Shown here piece after piece: positions 51,504-60,964 of a stretch of 64,000 nucleotides of DNA (position 1 is its first letter; the number at the start of each line of letters is the position of its first letter). Both the position numbers and the translations under genes were made by a program. The stretch comes from a virus (lineage: Duplodnaviria > Caudoviricetes). The stretch spans positions 32,001 to 96,000 of the IMG/VR virus record IMGVR_UViG_3300018492_000150. The stretch is one strand, 5' to 3'. The notes below the pieces were generated by a model, which had not been told where the DNA came from, ran no database searches, and saw nothing but the letters and a program-made list of their open reading frames with translations.

Positions 51504-52244
51504 ATGAGACCTATAAATTATATTGATTACGATAAATTATCGGACGATGTATTATATCTTGGGTCTAATCTTTTCTTGAGAATGAATGTATCTTTGTCAA
51601 ATAAAGGTGATCAAGATCAACGATATCATTTCCATAAAGAATATAGATATGATTCCAAATATACATCTAGCGGTAAACTTTTAAGCATAAAAAGATCATT
51701 TAGCTATTATTTATCATTAGATAAAACAGATACAAAAATGAATATTATGATCCGACCACAGGATATGATATTATTCAAGATGAACTTAGAACAAGTATCA
51801 AAATGGTTCAGCGATAATACATTTGGCACTAAAGGACGTGAAGTGATTCTAAGAAATAGAAAAGAATCTATAGTATTACCTGGATTAGCACAACAGAGAT
51901 ATATTCAATTTGATCCTGTTGTAGTTGTTTGGGAAAATACTGGAGATCAAACACCTGGAGTACGGGTCACATTAGGTGACCCGTCTGTTTATGCTGATAT
52001 AAGTGTAGATAAGCTATTTGCACTGCTTTATACTATAAGTGATTTTAATATGTATCAATCTGCACAATTATTAGTAAATTATTTAGGAAGACCTAATTTT
52101 GGAATGAACTTGTATGAGATAGAAGACAATGTATATCTCAAAGAGCAAGAAGGAAAAATAGAAAATGCAAAAGCCAACAGAACAATTCCAAATCAAAAGA
52201 AATCATTTTTTGATAGTATGGATTTAATGGCAAAAGGAGATTGA
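51504..52244 (+). CDS. hypothetical protein
   Basis: GGAGGAGG SD; AACC-N6-TA promoter at 51462-51473. Confidence 0.8.
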   Translation: MRPINYIDYDKLSDDVLYLGSNLFLRMNVSLSNKGDQDQRYHFHKEYRYDSKYTSSGKLLSIKRSFSYYLSLDKTDTKMNIMIRPQDMILFKMNLEQVSKWFSDNTFGTKGREVILRNRKESIVLPGLAQQRYIQFDPVVVVWENTGDQTPGVRVTLGDPSVYADISVDKLFALLYTISDFNMYQSAQLLVNYLGRPNFGMNLYEIEDNVYLKEQEGKIENAKANRTIPNQKKSFFDSMDLMAKGD

Positions 52245-52246
52245 TT

Positions 52247-52435
52247 ATGATTACAAAAAGAATGAAACATTGTGTATGCCCAGAGTGCGAAAAACAGTTA
52301 ATAAGATTAGAACCTTTTGAAAAGGGAATTTATAATTATTGGTGCGATTCTTGTAATATCGATATTGCAATTACCGATAATGATGCCATTGAAAAAGAGG
52401 AGGCCGATGATAATGACGAAAATGATTCACATTAA
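52247..52435 (+). CDS. small zinc-ribbon protein
   Basis: CPEC...CDSC, acidic tail, AGGAG SD. Confidence 0.7.
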   Translation: MITKRMKHCVCPECEKQLIRLEPFEKGIYNYWCDSCNIDIAITDNDAIEKEEADDNDENDSH

Positions 52436-52877
52436 TTTTCTTCACCAGTACGGTGACGAATTTCAAACAAACATTGGGCCTTGTAAAATTAAGCGAGAAT
52501 GGCTAGATGTAATGAAAACTGATATGTATAGACATAAAGTTTTTCTTGAAATGCATACATGGTATCCAAAAATCAGAAAAGATATTTGGCAAAGACAGAT
52601 TGAATCTGGAGAAATATTAAATGATGTTATAAATTACAGTAATCCAGGCCACTATGTAGCTCCAATTATCTATACTGATAATACTGGAATCAATGTATTA
52701 TTAGACGATAAAAATAAATGTATTAAACATGATTTGTTTGTAGATTTATTACAAAATAACAATAAACTGTTTGCTACATTTCTTTTAAAGAGTAATGATG
52801 ATAGAACTGAAGTTATAGGCATAGATAGAATTTGCTTATGCTTAGGTATGATTGACAATAAAATACTATTTGTATAA
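52413..52877 (+). CDS. hypothetical protein
   Basis: GAGGAGG SD before ATG 52413. Confidence 0.65.
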   Translation: MTKMIHINFLHQYGDEFQTNIGPCKIKREWLDVMKTDMYRHKVFLEMHTWYPKIRKDIWQRQIESGEILNDVINYSNPGHYVAPIIYTDNTGINVLLDDKNKCIKHDLFVDLLQNNNKLFATFLLKSNDDRTEVIGIDRICLCLGMIDNKILFV

Positions 52878-52898
52878 AGAAAGGAGGTTTGATAACAT

Positions 52899-53318
52899 AT
52901 GTCGGTTATAGAAATACCATGGGTATTGAAAGAAAATGAGATTATATCAGAAAAAGCTCCTAATCTAAGATGGACCAAAGATTTTATGAAAGATATGTTT
53001 ACAACAAATCCTAATCATATAATTTGTCCATATCCATTAAAAAGAGATATAGAAGCTTTATCTGTAACAGAGTTAATGCAAGTCGATCCATTTCACCAAT
53101 ATGGTGTAATTACATATATGGACATAGATACTATATATCTAGATTTGGACGATGAATTCGAATATGAATTGATAAATATTAATAACAAGGGCATATTAGC
53201 AGCTACTAGCATTTATGCGTTAAACCGATCATTGGTAGATGATGAATATCTTGTAAAAAGAATAAATACGTTTTTAGTAATTACCGATGGTGAACGTAAG
53301 ATAAAGAAGTATATATAA
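52899..53318 (+). CDS. hypothetical protein
   Basis: 139 aa, AGGAGG SD. Confidence 0.7.
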   Translation: MSVIEIPWVLKENEIISEKAPNLRWTKDFMKDMFTTNPNHIICPYPLKRDIEALSVTELMQVDPFHQYGVITYMDIDTIYLDLDDEFEYELININNKGILAATSIYALNRSLVDDEYLVKRINTFLVITDGERKIKKYI

Positions 53319-53333
53319 GGAGAAAAGTAAGAA

Positions 53334-53879
53334 ATGAAAAAAGATTTACTCGATGAAATTATTACTAGAATAACAAAAATTTTTAGAAAATGTTATAATA
53401 AATTAATGGAAATATTTGGAGTTAAACCTAGTCCTTTGTATAACACGACTGTTATTTTAGTAGATAAAACATTTGTCGATACTGATTTTAAAATGGATGT
53501 ATTGAAACTATTTGTAAGAAAGAAAACAAACCAAGATTGCATATATGATTTATCTAAATACAAATATATTCACTCATTGAATAAGATTAGAAATTCATAT
53601 ATCGAGGATTCATTATTTCCTCAAAACTTCTATGAAGATGTATTGAAAAACAAACACAAATATGCCGTATGCGTATTTGATACATCTTGGATAGGAGATG
53701 AAAATTTTGATGATATGGTATATGAATTAGATCTTGATGATAACAATGTTTTTATTAACGACGATAATAAGAAAATAGATGATAAATCTATAATGTACCT
53801 GGATAGTATTTCAGGGCTATTTGGTACAAGAATCATAGACTACGATAACTTTTTTAAAGAATTAGAGCAAATATTGTAA
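53334..53879 (+). CDS. hypothetical protein
   Basis: 181 aa, AGGAG SD; terminator at 53889-53913. Confidence 0.7.
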   Translation: MKKDLLDEIITRITKIFRKCYNKLMEIFGVKPSPLYNTTVILVDKTFVDTDFKMDVLKLFVRKKTNQDCIYDLSKYKYIHSLNKIRNSYIEDSLFPQNFYEDVLKNKHKYAVCVFDTSWIGDENFDDMVYELDLDDNNVFINDDNKKIDDKSIMYLDSISGLFGTRIIDYDNFFKELEQIL

Positions 53880-53923
53880 AAGAAAATGCCAGATGAGGAT
53901 AATCCTCATCTGGTTTATTTTTT

Positions 53924-54673
53924 CTAAATGCACAACATAAGCGGCTGATTTTTATTAGCAGCTGATACATAACTTTCTTTAATATAATTCATTATTTCTT
54001 CTCGTTTCTGGTATTGTTCTTGAAGATCTTCTATTCTGATATTTACATTAGCAAATACAGTTTGAAGATCTTGGAATAATTTCAATTTATTATATAAGAA
54101 TCCAGCTACATCAGCCATAGCTAATGATTCGAAAGTATCCATCTGCGTTGGACTTATGGTTGTGAGATTCGCATTGTGTTCTATGAGTACGAATACATCA
54201 AAGTCGTTCATGCATATCTCAGCTCCATAAGTAGATTCTAATCTGAATCTGTTAGGAGGTTCGAAATTAGGATATATACCATTATTGAATAATGAATTTA
54301 TATTAGCCTGATTAATCAAACCAAACATATCTCCAATATCATATCCAGCAGACATATAATCATACATTCCATATGGTCCGCCAAATACATCATTGTTGAA
54401 TGTTCCCCAGTCTATATTCTTTACTCCCAATATATTTACATCTCCAAATACTTCCTCATCCAGAAGATACCAGCCATTTTTCTTTTTTGTATCTGGCGTA
54501 ATATGATATCTAAATTCATATGGAAAATACCTTGACCATGTAACTAATGTATCAGGAACAATAACCTTTTCAGCCCATACTTCTTTTTTCAATTGATCTG
54601 GAAGATTAAGCATATCTGTACCTAATCTATTCTCAATCTTATTTAGAAGTCTTGTCATATTATTAGCGAACAT
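53924..54673 (-). CDS. probable neck/head-completion protein
   Basis: Co-transcribed with the prohead protease; LLNKIENRLG N-terminus and helical C-terminus reminiscent of T4 gp13-type neck proteins. Confidence 0.45.
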   Translation of the reverse strand: MFANNMTRLLNKIENRLGTDMLNLPDQLKKEVWAEKVIVPDTLVTWSRYFPYEFRYHITPDTKKKNGWYLLDEEVFGDVNILGVKNIDWGTFNNDVFGGPYGMYDYMSAGYDIGDMFGLINQANINSLFNNGIYPNFEPPNRFRLESTYGAEICMNDFDVFVLIEHNANLTTISPTQMDTFESLAMADVAGFLYNKLKLFQDLQTVFANVNIRIEDLQEQYQKREEIMNYIKESYVSAANKNQPLMLCI

Positions 54674-54684
54674 TGTATCACCTC

Positions 54685-55518
54685 CTAATAGTAAGTAGAC
54701 TCACCGATACATGCTCCAATAATTTCATTATGGATATAATTCTCAAGATTAACAATAAATACACCGCCAGCTCTATCCGTAAGCTGAACTTGAGATTTAT
54801 TGTTAATGAGTTTGATATCATCATACAACAGATCGAAAGATTCTCTAATCTGTTTGATATTACAAGACTCTTCTTTAATATAATCAATAACTGATTGATT
54901 AGTGATAGGGATAAGAGTTCCTCTATCATTTTCTTCAAGAAGAAGATTACTTCCCTCACTTACAACTCCATGAGTATAAGCTTTATTATGAGAAGGATAA
55001 ATTACTCTATCATAAGTGATAAGTTTAACTCCCTTTACTTCTGCTCCTCTATTAGTATTCTTGATAGTACCAAGAGCTCTCATAGAGAAAGATGGAGATA
55101 ATCCATACATGAGTTCTTTATTGAATTCTTCTCCCAATGCATTATAAGTGCCGAAGAAGTTACCCATAACAAGATCACCATCTGTCCAAAACTTAGTAAA
55201 GATAACAGAACAATTGTTTGGATCAATAGTCTGCTGTCTAACTAAATCTTTAGATAATGGATGGCCATTCTCACCTCTCATATTGCCTGTTCTAAGTAAC
55301 TCTAATTGTCTTGGAGCTACTAATTCTGGAAATAAATCTCTTGAATCGTAGAATCTACCATTTCTGTTTTTCATATTAGCTTCCTGAAGACATCCTTCAG
55401 CTAATACTCTACCATCGCCACGTTTTTCAATAATTTTTGCTGGCATAATATCTTCTGACGTAGTAGCTGTCTCTATAATTACGTACCCAATTGTATCAGG
55501 CGCCATAGTCTTTATCAT
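54685..55518 (-). CDS. prohead protease (T4 gp21-like)
   Basis: LQEANMKNRNGRFY, GENGHP (His), FSMRALG (Ser), ITYDRVIYPSH; start corrected to MIKTM; late promoter at 55542-55553. Confidence 0.88.
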   Translation of the reverse strand: MIKTMAPDTIGYVIIETATTSEDIMPAKIIEKRGDGRVLAEGCLQEANMKNRNGRFYDSRDLFPELVAPRQLELLRTGNMRGENGHPLSKDLVRQQTIDPNNCSVIFTKFWTDGDLVMGNFFGTYNALGEEFNKELMYGLSPSFSMRALGTIKNTNRGAEVKGVKLITYDRVIYPSHNKAYTHGVVSEGSNLLLEENDRGTLIPITNQSVIDYIKEESCNIKQIRESFDLLYDDIKLINNKSQVQLTDRAGGVFIVNLENYIHNEIIGACIGESTYY

Positions 55519-55541
55519 GACAATTCCTCCTTTTATATTAT

Positions 55542-55608
55542 TATACTGATGTTGCAGTGAGCACAAGTTAACCAATCTCCATTAATTTACAGCTTCAACA
55601 GTATATTA
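55542..55608. promoter_or_regulatory. divergent pair of late promoters
   Basis: AACA-N6-TA at 55542-55553 (-) and 55597-55608 (+). Confidence 0.72.
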
Positions 55609-55635
55609 AATTAATAAAGAGGAGGTCGAATACTG

Positions 55636-58113
55636 ATGATGTCTCAAGGAACTTATGTTTCGTCTTTAGTCAAAGAACGTATTTCTAGGCTAAAGACAGA
55701 TTCGCCTGTTTTAAGGTATAATGAGAAAGTAACTGTAGAATCAGCAATTCCATTAATTAAACCTTTGTCTGTAACAAAGGTTTCTCAAAATGATTTTGAT
55801 TTTTGTATGAGAGTTTTAGAACAAGTTACTCCTAAATCAGAATCAAAAGCGTCGGATATAGCCAGATTTATTTCTACTGAAATTATGTTAGGTGTTGAAC
55901 CTACCGTAGATATAGATATGGCTAAATATAATATTAATGATAGAGATAGAGAGATTATCTCATCAGGAATCAACGAGGCTGCAATAGCAGAAAGAATTAT
56001 CAAAAATCATGATATGCTATGCAAACGATTTAATGTAGATAAAATCGTTAAAGAAAATATGTATAATTCTGATAAGATAGTATCAGAATTATGTGAACTG
56101 ATTGATACTTATAATGTACCAGACCATTATAAGTATAATGTAGCTTTAGAAAATATCATCTACAGTATGGTTAAAAACGGAGTAGATGTAGATGATACTA
56201 AAGTTGTATCTTCTATTACAGAGTATTTTATGTACCGTGATATGAATATATCTGATGAAAAATATAAAAACTACCAGGAAGTTCTTGCTAATAATTACAT
56301 TAGTAGAAGTCTCGGAAAAGATCCATTAATAGAAGCTGTATTGCATAATCCCTCTACAACTTATAGAGATTTAACTGAGTCTTTATTAGGATCATCTTCT
56401 GATTTATTTATTACAGAATATTTCTTGGACAAAGCTTTAGAAATCCATACAGAAGCAGATGCCGCGGATTATATGGAAGAAGTAGAAGCTTATATTAGAA
56501 GAGATATCCCTCAACAAGATAAAGTCGCTCTGTATAAGAGTATTGATAATATCCCGAGATACAGCGGAGTATCTAAAGATTTTATTAATATTAAAAAATC
56601 AAATATTTTTGATAAAGAAAAATTTGATAGTTTATGCACTTTAGATGGTATTGTTAGTGATACTGAGGCTATTAATGAAAAGAATAAATATAATATCTTT
56701 GATAAAGAATCTTTTAAAACAATCACTTTCGAAGCAGATACTTCTGATATTGAAGGACTGATCGCCAAATATAAAGCAGATCAAGATAAATCTCCGTCAA
56801 AGATTAAAAATTTCTTTATTAAATTACATACCAAATCTCCAGAAGTTATTATAGATGATCTTCCTGATGTAATGGCTTTTGCTAGGGCAGGTATATTATT
56901 AGCTGTAGCAACTATTACTCCTATCGGTCCTATTGTAGCTGGAGTATTAGGTTTAGTAAGTTGGTTGATCTCAAAGAAGATTAACGATAAAGAAGCTAAT
57001 AGACTATTATCATATATTAGAAGTGAGAAGAAAAAAGTTCAAGACAAAATAGATAAATCTTCAAATGAAAAGAAAGCAAAACAACTTGAAGAATATCTTG
57101 ATTGTTTGAAGAAATGTGAAGATAAAGTAGAGTCATATTTAGACTCTATTGAAGATGCAGATCATTCAGATCCTGATAACGACGATGATGATTTAGATTT
57201 TGACATGGATTTTGAAAATGCATTTATAAACGTAGCTCAAGCTGCCATGGTATCTGAATCTATTATTAATACCAATATGAATGGAATTAATTGGATACCT
57301 TTTATAACTAAAGGAGCTAAAGCTAATATATTATATGAAATCAGTGATTTGATTTTAAAATCATCGATCCCATTAGATGAATATATGGCTGAATTGAGAA
57401 AAGCAAAACAAACTGTAATATCAGAATCATATACTGTATACGATAAACGTATCACAAATACTGCTATAGATGCAGAGATGTGCAGATTGAGTAATATAAA
57501 AGAAAACTCTTATTATATAAAAAATATATTTGAAGAAGATATTGCAAACCAAGCATTGCTTGAAATGTCTTATCAAGTTATACAAGAGAAATTCAATCTC
57601 AATACAGTTAAACTTGCTTTGCAGAACGCTAAGGCTAAGCTCAAAGAGTTGAATACAAAGCAGAAATCTTTATGGCAATCTGTAGATGCTCAGGGAAGTG
57701 GACTTATTAAGTCCATAGAAAAAGCTTTGACATCAGATAGAAGAGAAGCTATTATTAAAGGATCTATAATACCATCATTTTCTAAATGCATTAAAGGATC
57801 TATTGCATTGGCTGGAACTGGTATTATATTCGGACCTACAGGTGCTTTGATAGCAGCTATAGGAGGATTAGCTACATCTAAAGTATTGAATGATAGGGAA
57901 AGAAAATTATTGTTCGATGAAATAGATACGGAACTTAAAGTTGTTGAAAAACAAATTGAAATTGCTCAGAATGATGGGGATATGAATCAGTATAGATTCT
58001 TATTAAACTATCAGAAAAAACTCACTAGAGAATACCAGAGAATCAAATATGGATTTAAAGTTCAAGGAAGAGATATTCCTAAAGCTTCTATTCCAGGAAA
58101 AGGAGGTCACTAA
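55636..58113 (+). CDS. large late head-associated protein
   Basis: 825 aa in the head module; two related hydrophobic segments (ITPIGPIVAGVLGLV; IFGPTGALIAAIGGL), each followed by a coiled coil. Confidence 0.65.
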   Translation: MMSQGTYVSSLVKERISRLKTDSPVLRYNEKVTVESAIPLIKPLSVTKVSQNDFDFCMRVLEQVTPKSESKASDIARFISTEIMLGVEPTVDIDMAKYNINDRDREIISSGINEAAIAERIIKNHDMLCKRFNVDKIVKENMYNSDKIVSELCELIDTYNVPDHYKYNVALENIIYSMVKNGVDVDDTKVVSSITEYFMYRDMNISDEKYKNYQEVLANNYISRSLGKDPLIEAVLHNPSTTYRDLTESLLGSSSDLFITEYFLDKALEIHTEADAADYMEEVEAYIRRDIPQQDKVALYKSIDNIPRYSGVSKDFINIKKSNIFDKEKFDSLCTLDGIVSDTEAINEKNKYNIFDKESFKTITFEADTSDIEGLIAKYKADQDKSPSKIKNFFIKLHTKSPEVIIDDLPDVMAFARAGILLAVATITPIGPIVAGVLGLVSWLISKKINDKEANRLLSYIRSEKKKVQDKIDKSSNEKKAKQLEEYLDCLKKCEDKVESYLDSIEDADHSDPDNDDDDLDFDMDFENAFINVAQAAMVSESIINTNMNGINWIPFITKGAKANILYEISDLILKSSIPLDEYMAELRKAKQTVISESYTVYDKRITNTAIDAEMCRLSNIKENSYYIKNIFEEDIANQALLEMSYQVIQEKFNLNTVKLALQNAKAKLKELNTKQKSLWQSVDAQGSGLIKSIEKALTSDRREAIIKGSIIPSFSKCIKGSIALAGTGIIFGPTGALIAAIGGLATSKVLNDRERKLLFDEIDTELKVVEKQIEIAQNDGDMNQYRFLLNYQKKLTREYQRIKYGFKVQGRDIPKASIPGKGGH

Positions 58114-58959
58114 ATGAGTTTATTTGATGATATTGTAAGTTCATTCTATCTTACAGAAGACAACACTGGAGATGATGACGAACAAAATACAGAAAACCAA
58201 AATCAGAATCAAGAAGGAAATGAACCTGCTCCTGCAGCTGAAGATAATCAGGATGGTGAGGGTGATAGTACCGGTGGAGAAGAAGGTGAAGGCGCTGATA
58301 ATGGTGATGAATATCAGATGAATGATCCTGAAGCAGATGATGCCGGGGGAGAAGAAGGCACTGACGACAATCAAGAAGAAGGCGGAGAGGATAATCAAAA
58401 CCAAGGAGAAGAAGATGAATATCAGATGAATGATCCTGAAGCAGATGATACTGAAGAAGGAAACGGCCAAGGGGCTGAGGGAGAAGAAGGTAATGATGGA
58501 AATGAAGATGAATATCAGATGAATGATCCTGAAGCAGATGATACTGAAGAAGGCGGCGAAGATACTGATGATACTGCTGGTAGCGAACCAACTGATGATC
58601 CATCATCTAAATTAAAAGATATAGAAAAATCTATCTTTGACCAGTTAACTTCCGAGCAGCAAGCTGCTAAAACTAAAGAACTTAAGAGTCTCTATACTGA
58701 TACTTACAATAAATGTCAAACGATTGTAGATATGGTTAGCACAGCAGAGAAAGAACCTTCTCAAGCTAAAGTATACGACTATATCATTAACAATCTAGTA
58801 GATCTTCAGAAATATATTAGAGATTATCTTGATGATATTTTTGATAGTAAGACATATATAGAAAATATGACTGAACTTCAGAAGTATCTTGCTATATTAG
58901 ATACAATTAATAATGTATTTGAAGAGATAAAGAAAGGATCCGAAACACAGGCAAAATAG
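58114..58959 (+). CDS. highly acidic protein, candidate scaffold/inner-head protein
   Basis: D/E/G/N-rich N-terminal half with three DEYQMNDPEADD repeats; immediately upstream of the capsid gene. Confidence 0.6.
   Translation: MSLFDDIVSSFYLTEDNTGDDDEQNTENQNQNQEGNEPAPAAEDNQDGEGDSTGGEEGEGADNGDEYQMNDPEADDAGGEEGTDDNQEEGGEDNQNQGEEDEYQMNDPEADDTEEGNGQGAEGEEGNDGNEDEYQMNDPEADDTEEGGEDTDDTAGSEPTDDPSSKLKDIEKSIFDQLTSEQQAAKTKELKSLYTDTYNKCQTIVDMVSTAEKEPSQAKVYDYIINNLVDLQKYIRDYLDDIFDSKTYIENMTELQKYLAILDTINNVFEEIKKGSETQAK
58306..58542 (+). repeat. three identical 36-bp intragenic repeats
   Basis: gatgaatatcagatgaatgatcctgaagcagatgat at 58306, 58414 and 58507. Confidence 0.9.
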
Positions 58960-58983
58960 TATCTGTGTAAAATTGGATATAAT

Positions 58984-58995
58984 AACAATATAGTA
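58984..58995 (+). promoter_or_regulatory. late promoter AACA-N6-TA (major capsid)
   Basis: aacaatatagta. Confidence 0.75.
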
Positions 58996-59053
58996 AATAT
59001 TTAATGTAAATTAAATAAGAAAAAATTGATGAGTAAGAAAGGAGACTAATACT

Positions 59054-60820
59054 ATGATTATTGGTGAAGCGCCGAGACGTAATATGTCCGACAGTTTTAA
59101 AAACGACCCAATGCATAGTTTCGTTGAGTCCTATGTTAATCTTACACAGGGCATCTTAAACGAAAATGCAACTGATATATATACAGACCCAGCAAGAGCA
59201 TTTATGGCAAATGGAAGTAACGAAGCTCTTAAAAACTTCTTCGTAGAAAATTCTTACGATCCACAGGGTATGACTCCAGATGAAATCGAAGACCATGTTG
59301 CTACTATGGAACAACAGTATGACAATGACCGTTCAGGTCTTCTTGAGCAGACAATGATGAGCTCTATGAATCCAATGATCGGCATCACAATTCCGATGCA
59401 CAAATGGATTCTTATGAATATGGTATTTGACAAAGGTGCTATTCCGAAGTTTGTTGCTCGTTCACCGAAGTTTACAATTTCTATGGAATATCGTATCTTG
59501 GTTGACACAGAAGGAAATGAACTGGATATGTTCCGTGATCAGAACCTTATGACAGACGCTATCGAAAAGACAGCTCCAGAGGTTGAGTTTGAACTTCCAA
59601 CACTTCCATTCACAGATGACAATGAAGTTGTACACACCTACCTTAACGGTCTTGCAGGCGCAGATCATCTGTCTATTGAGACAAGAATCTCAGCTTTTAA
59701 AATCCAAAACCAGTATTTTGAAATTGGCGATATTCTTCCAGATGAGAAGACTGGATATATTGAGCCAAATGGTAAAGTAGCTACAGAAGCAGGTAATCAT
59801 GATGTTTGGGTTAGATGTAATTATGCATTTGCACCTACATATGGTGAAGTTGAACGTGCTCTTATGGCGAACGTTTCTTATGAGTATAAAGTAAATGAAG
59901 GCGGAGTTAAGATCAAGAAAATTACAGACTTCGTTTCTGGTACAATGCAGAACGACAGACTTAACATTCAGGTTCTTAAAGGAAACCTTAAAGGTATTCG
60001 TATCACTTCAAGATTGGATACATCCAGTGCACGTCTTACAACATGTAGCGTAAGATGGAAAGAGAAAACAGATATTGTTGAAATTCCAAATGCTATTCCG
60101 ATAGACGTAACAGTATCTCCAGAAGAAACAAAAGATATCGCAGCTCTTTACAATGTAAATCAGGTAACTAAGATCATGAGCATGATCAAAACAGTTCTTG
60201 GAAATACAAAAGACGATCAGATCAGAAGAAAACTTGATCAGTCTTATAAGACAATGGATGTACGTTCTAAAACATACAGCCAGTTCGATTACGCTCCTCG
60301 TGAAGGATATCACGGAGATCATGTTGAGTGGAGAAGAAATACATTCTTCGATTTCTTCGATTCTCAGATGACAAAACTGTATCAGGTATTAAACGATCCG
60401 AACATGACAGTTTCTGTATTCGGTGATCCAGATCTTGTAAGAAAGATTACACCGACAGATTATAGCTACCAGACACCGTCTAACATCGGACCAGTGCAGC
60501 TTGACTTCACAAAGACAGTTGTTACTTCTGATTCTAGAGTATACAACTTCATCGGTTCTGATAAACTTCGTGGATCAACAGAATTTATCGTAGTTCTGTG
60601 TCCAAGAGGAACAGATAGAATTATCTACAGAATCTATGATTACCAGATGTATATCAGCAATGAAATTAGAAACGCTGATAATCCGGCATTACCGAACATC
60701 CATGCATTCGAGCGTTGGAAATTCGTAGAATATCAGCCAGTTCAGGGACGTATCAATATCTTACATCCTACAGGATTGACAGATCACTACGACTTTGTTC
60801 AGGTTAAACAAGTTCAGTAA
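59054..60820 (+). CDS. major capsid protein
   Basis: 588 aa, highly expressed-type codon usage, own late promoter and terminator, located after protease and scaffold-like genes; acidic propeptide-like N-terminus. Confidence 0.75.
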   Translation: MIIGEAPRRNMSDSFKNDPMHSFVESYVNLTQGILNENATDIYTDPARAFMANGSNEALKNFFVENSYDPQGMTPDEIEDHVATMEQQYDNDRSGLLEQTMMSSMNPMIGITIPMHKWILMNMVFDKGAIPKFVARSPKFTISMEYRILVDTEGNELDMFRDQNLMTDAIEKTAPEVEFELPTLPFTDDNEVVHTYLNGLAGADHLSIETRISAFKIQNQYFEIGDILPDEKTGYIEPNGKVATEAGNHDVWVRCNYAFAPTYGEVERALMANVSYEYKVNEGGVKIKKITDFVSGTMQNDRLNIQVLKGNLKGIRITSRLDTSSARLTTCSVRWKEKTDIVEIPNAIPIDVTVSPEETKDIAALYNVNQVTKIMSMIKTVLGNTKDDQIRRKLDQSYKTMDVRSKTYSQFDYAPREGYHGDHVEWRRNTFFDFFDSQMTKLYQVLNDPNMTVSVFGDPDLVRKITPTDYSYQTPSNIGPVQLDFTKTVVTSDSRVYNFIGSDKLRGSTEFIVVLCPRGTDRIIYRIYDYQMYISNEIRNADNPALPNIHAFERWKFVEYQPVQGRINILHPTGLTDHYDFVQVKQVQ

Positions 60821-60841
60821 TTAAAAGATGACGCAGCAGAG

Positions 60842-60880
60842 AATCCCAGTACCACTAATGGTACTGGGATTTCTATTTTT
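60842..60880 (+). terminator. terminator after the capsid gene (CCCAGTA family)
   Basis: aatcccagtacca-ctaa-tggtactgggatt followed by T-rich sequence. Confidence 0.8.
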
Positions 60881-60964
60881 GTCTGATTATTTTTATCCTA
60901 TTCTCATAAATACTTTATAATAATATATTATAATAGCGATAAAAATATATAAGGAGGAATAAAT

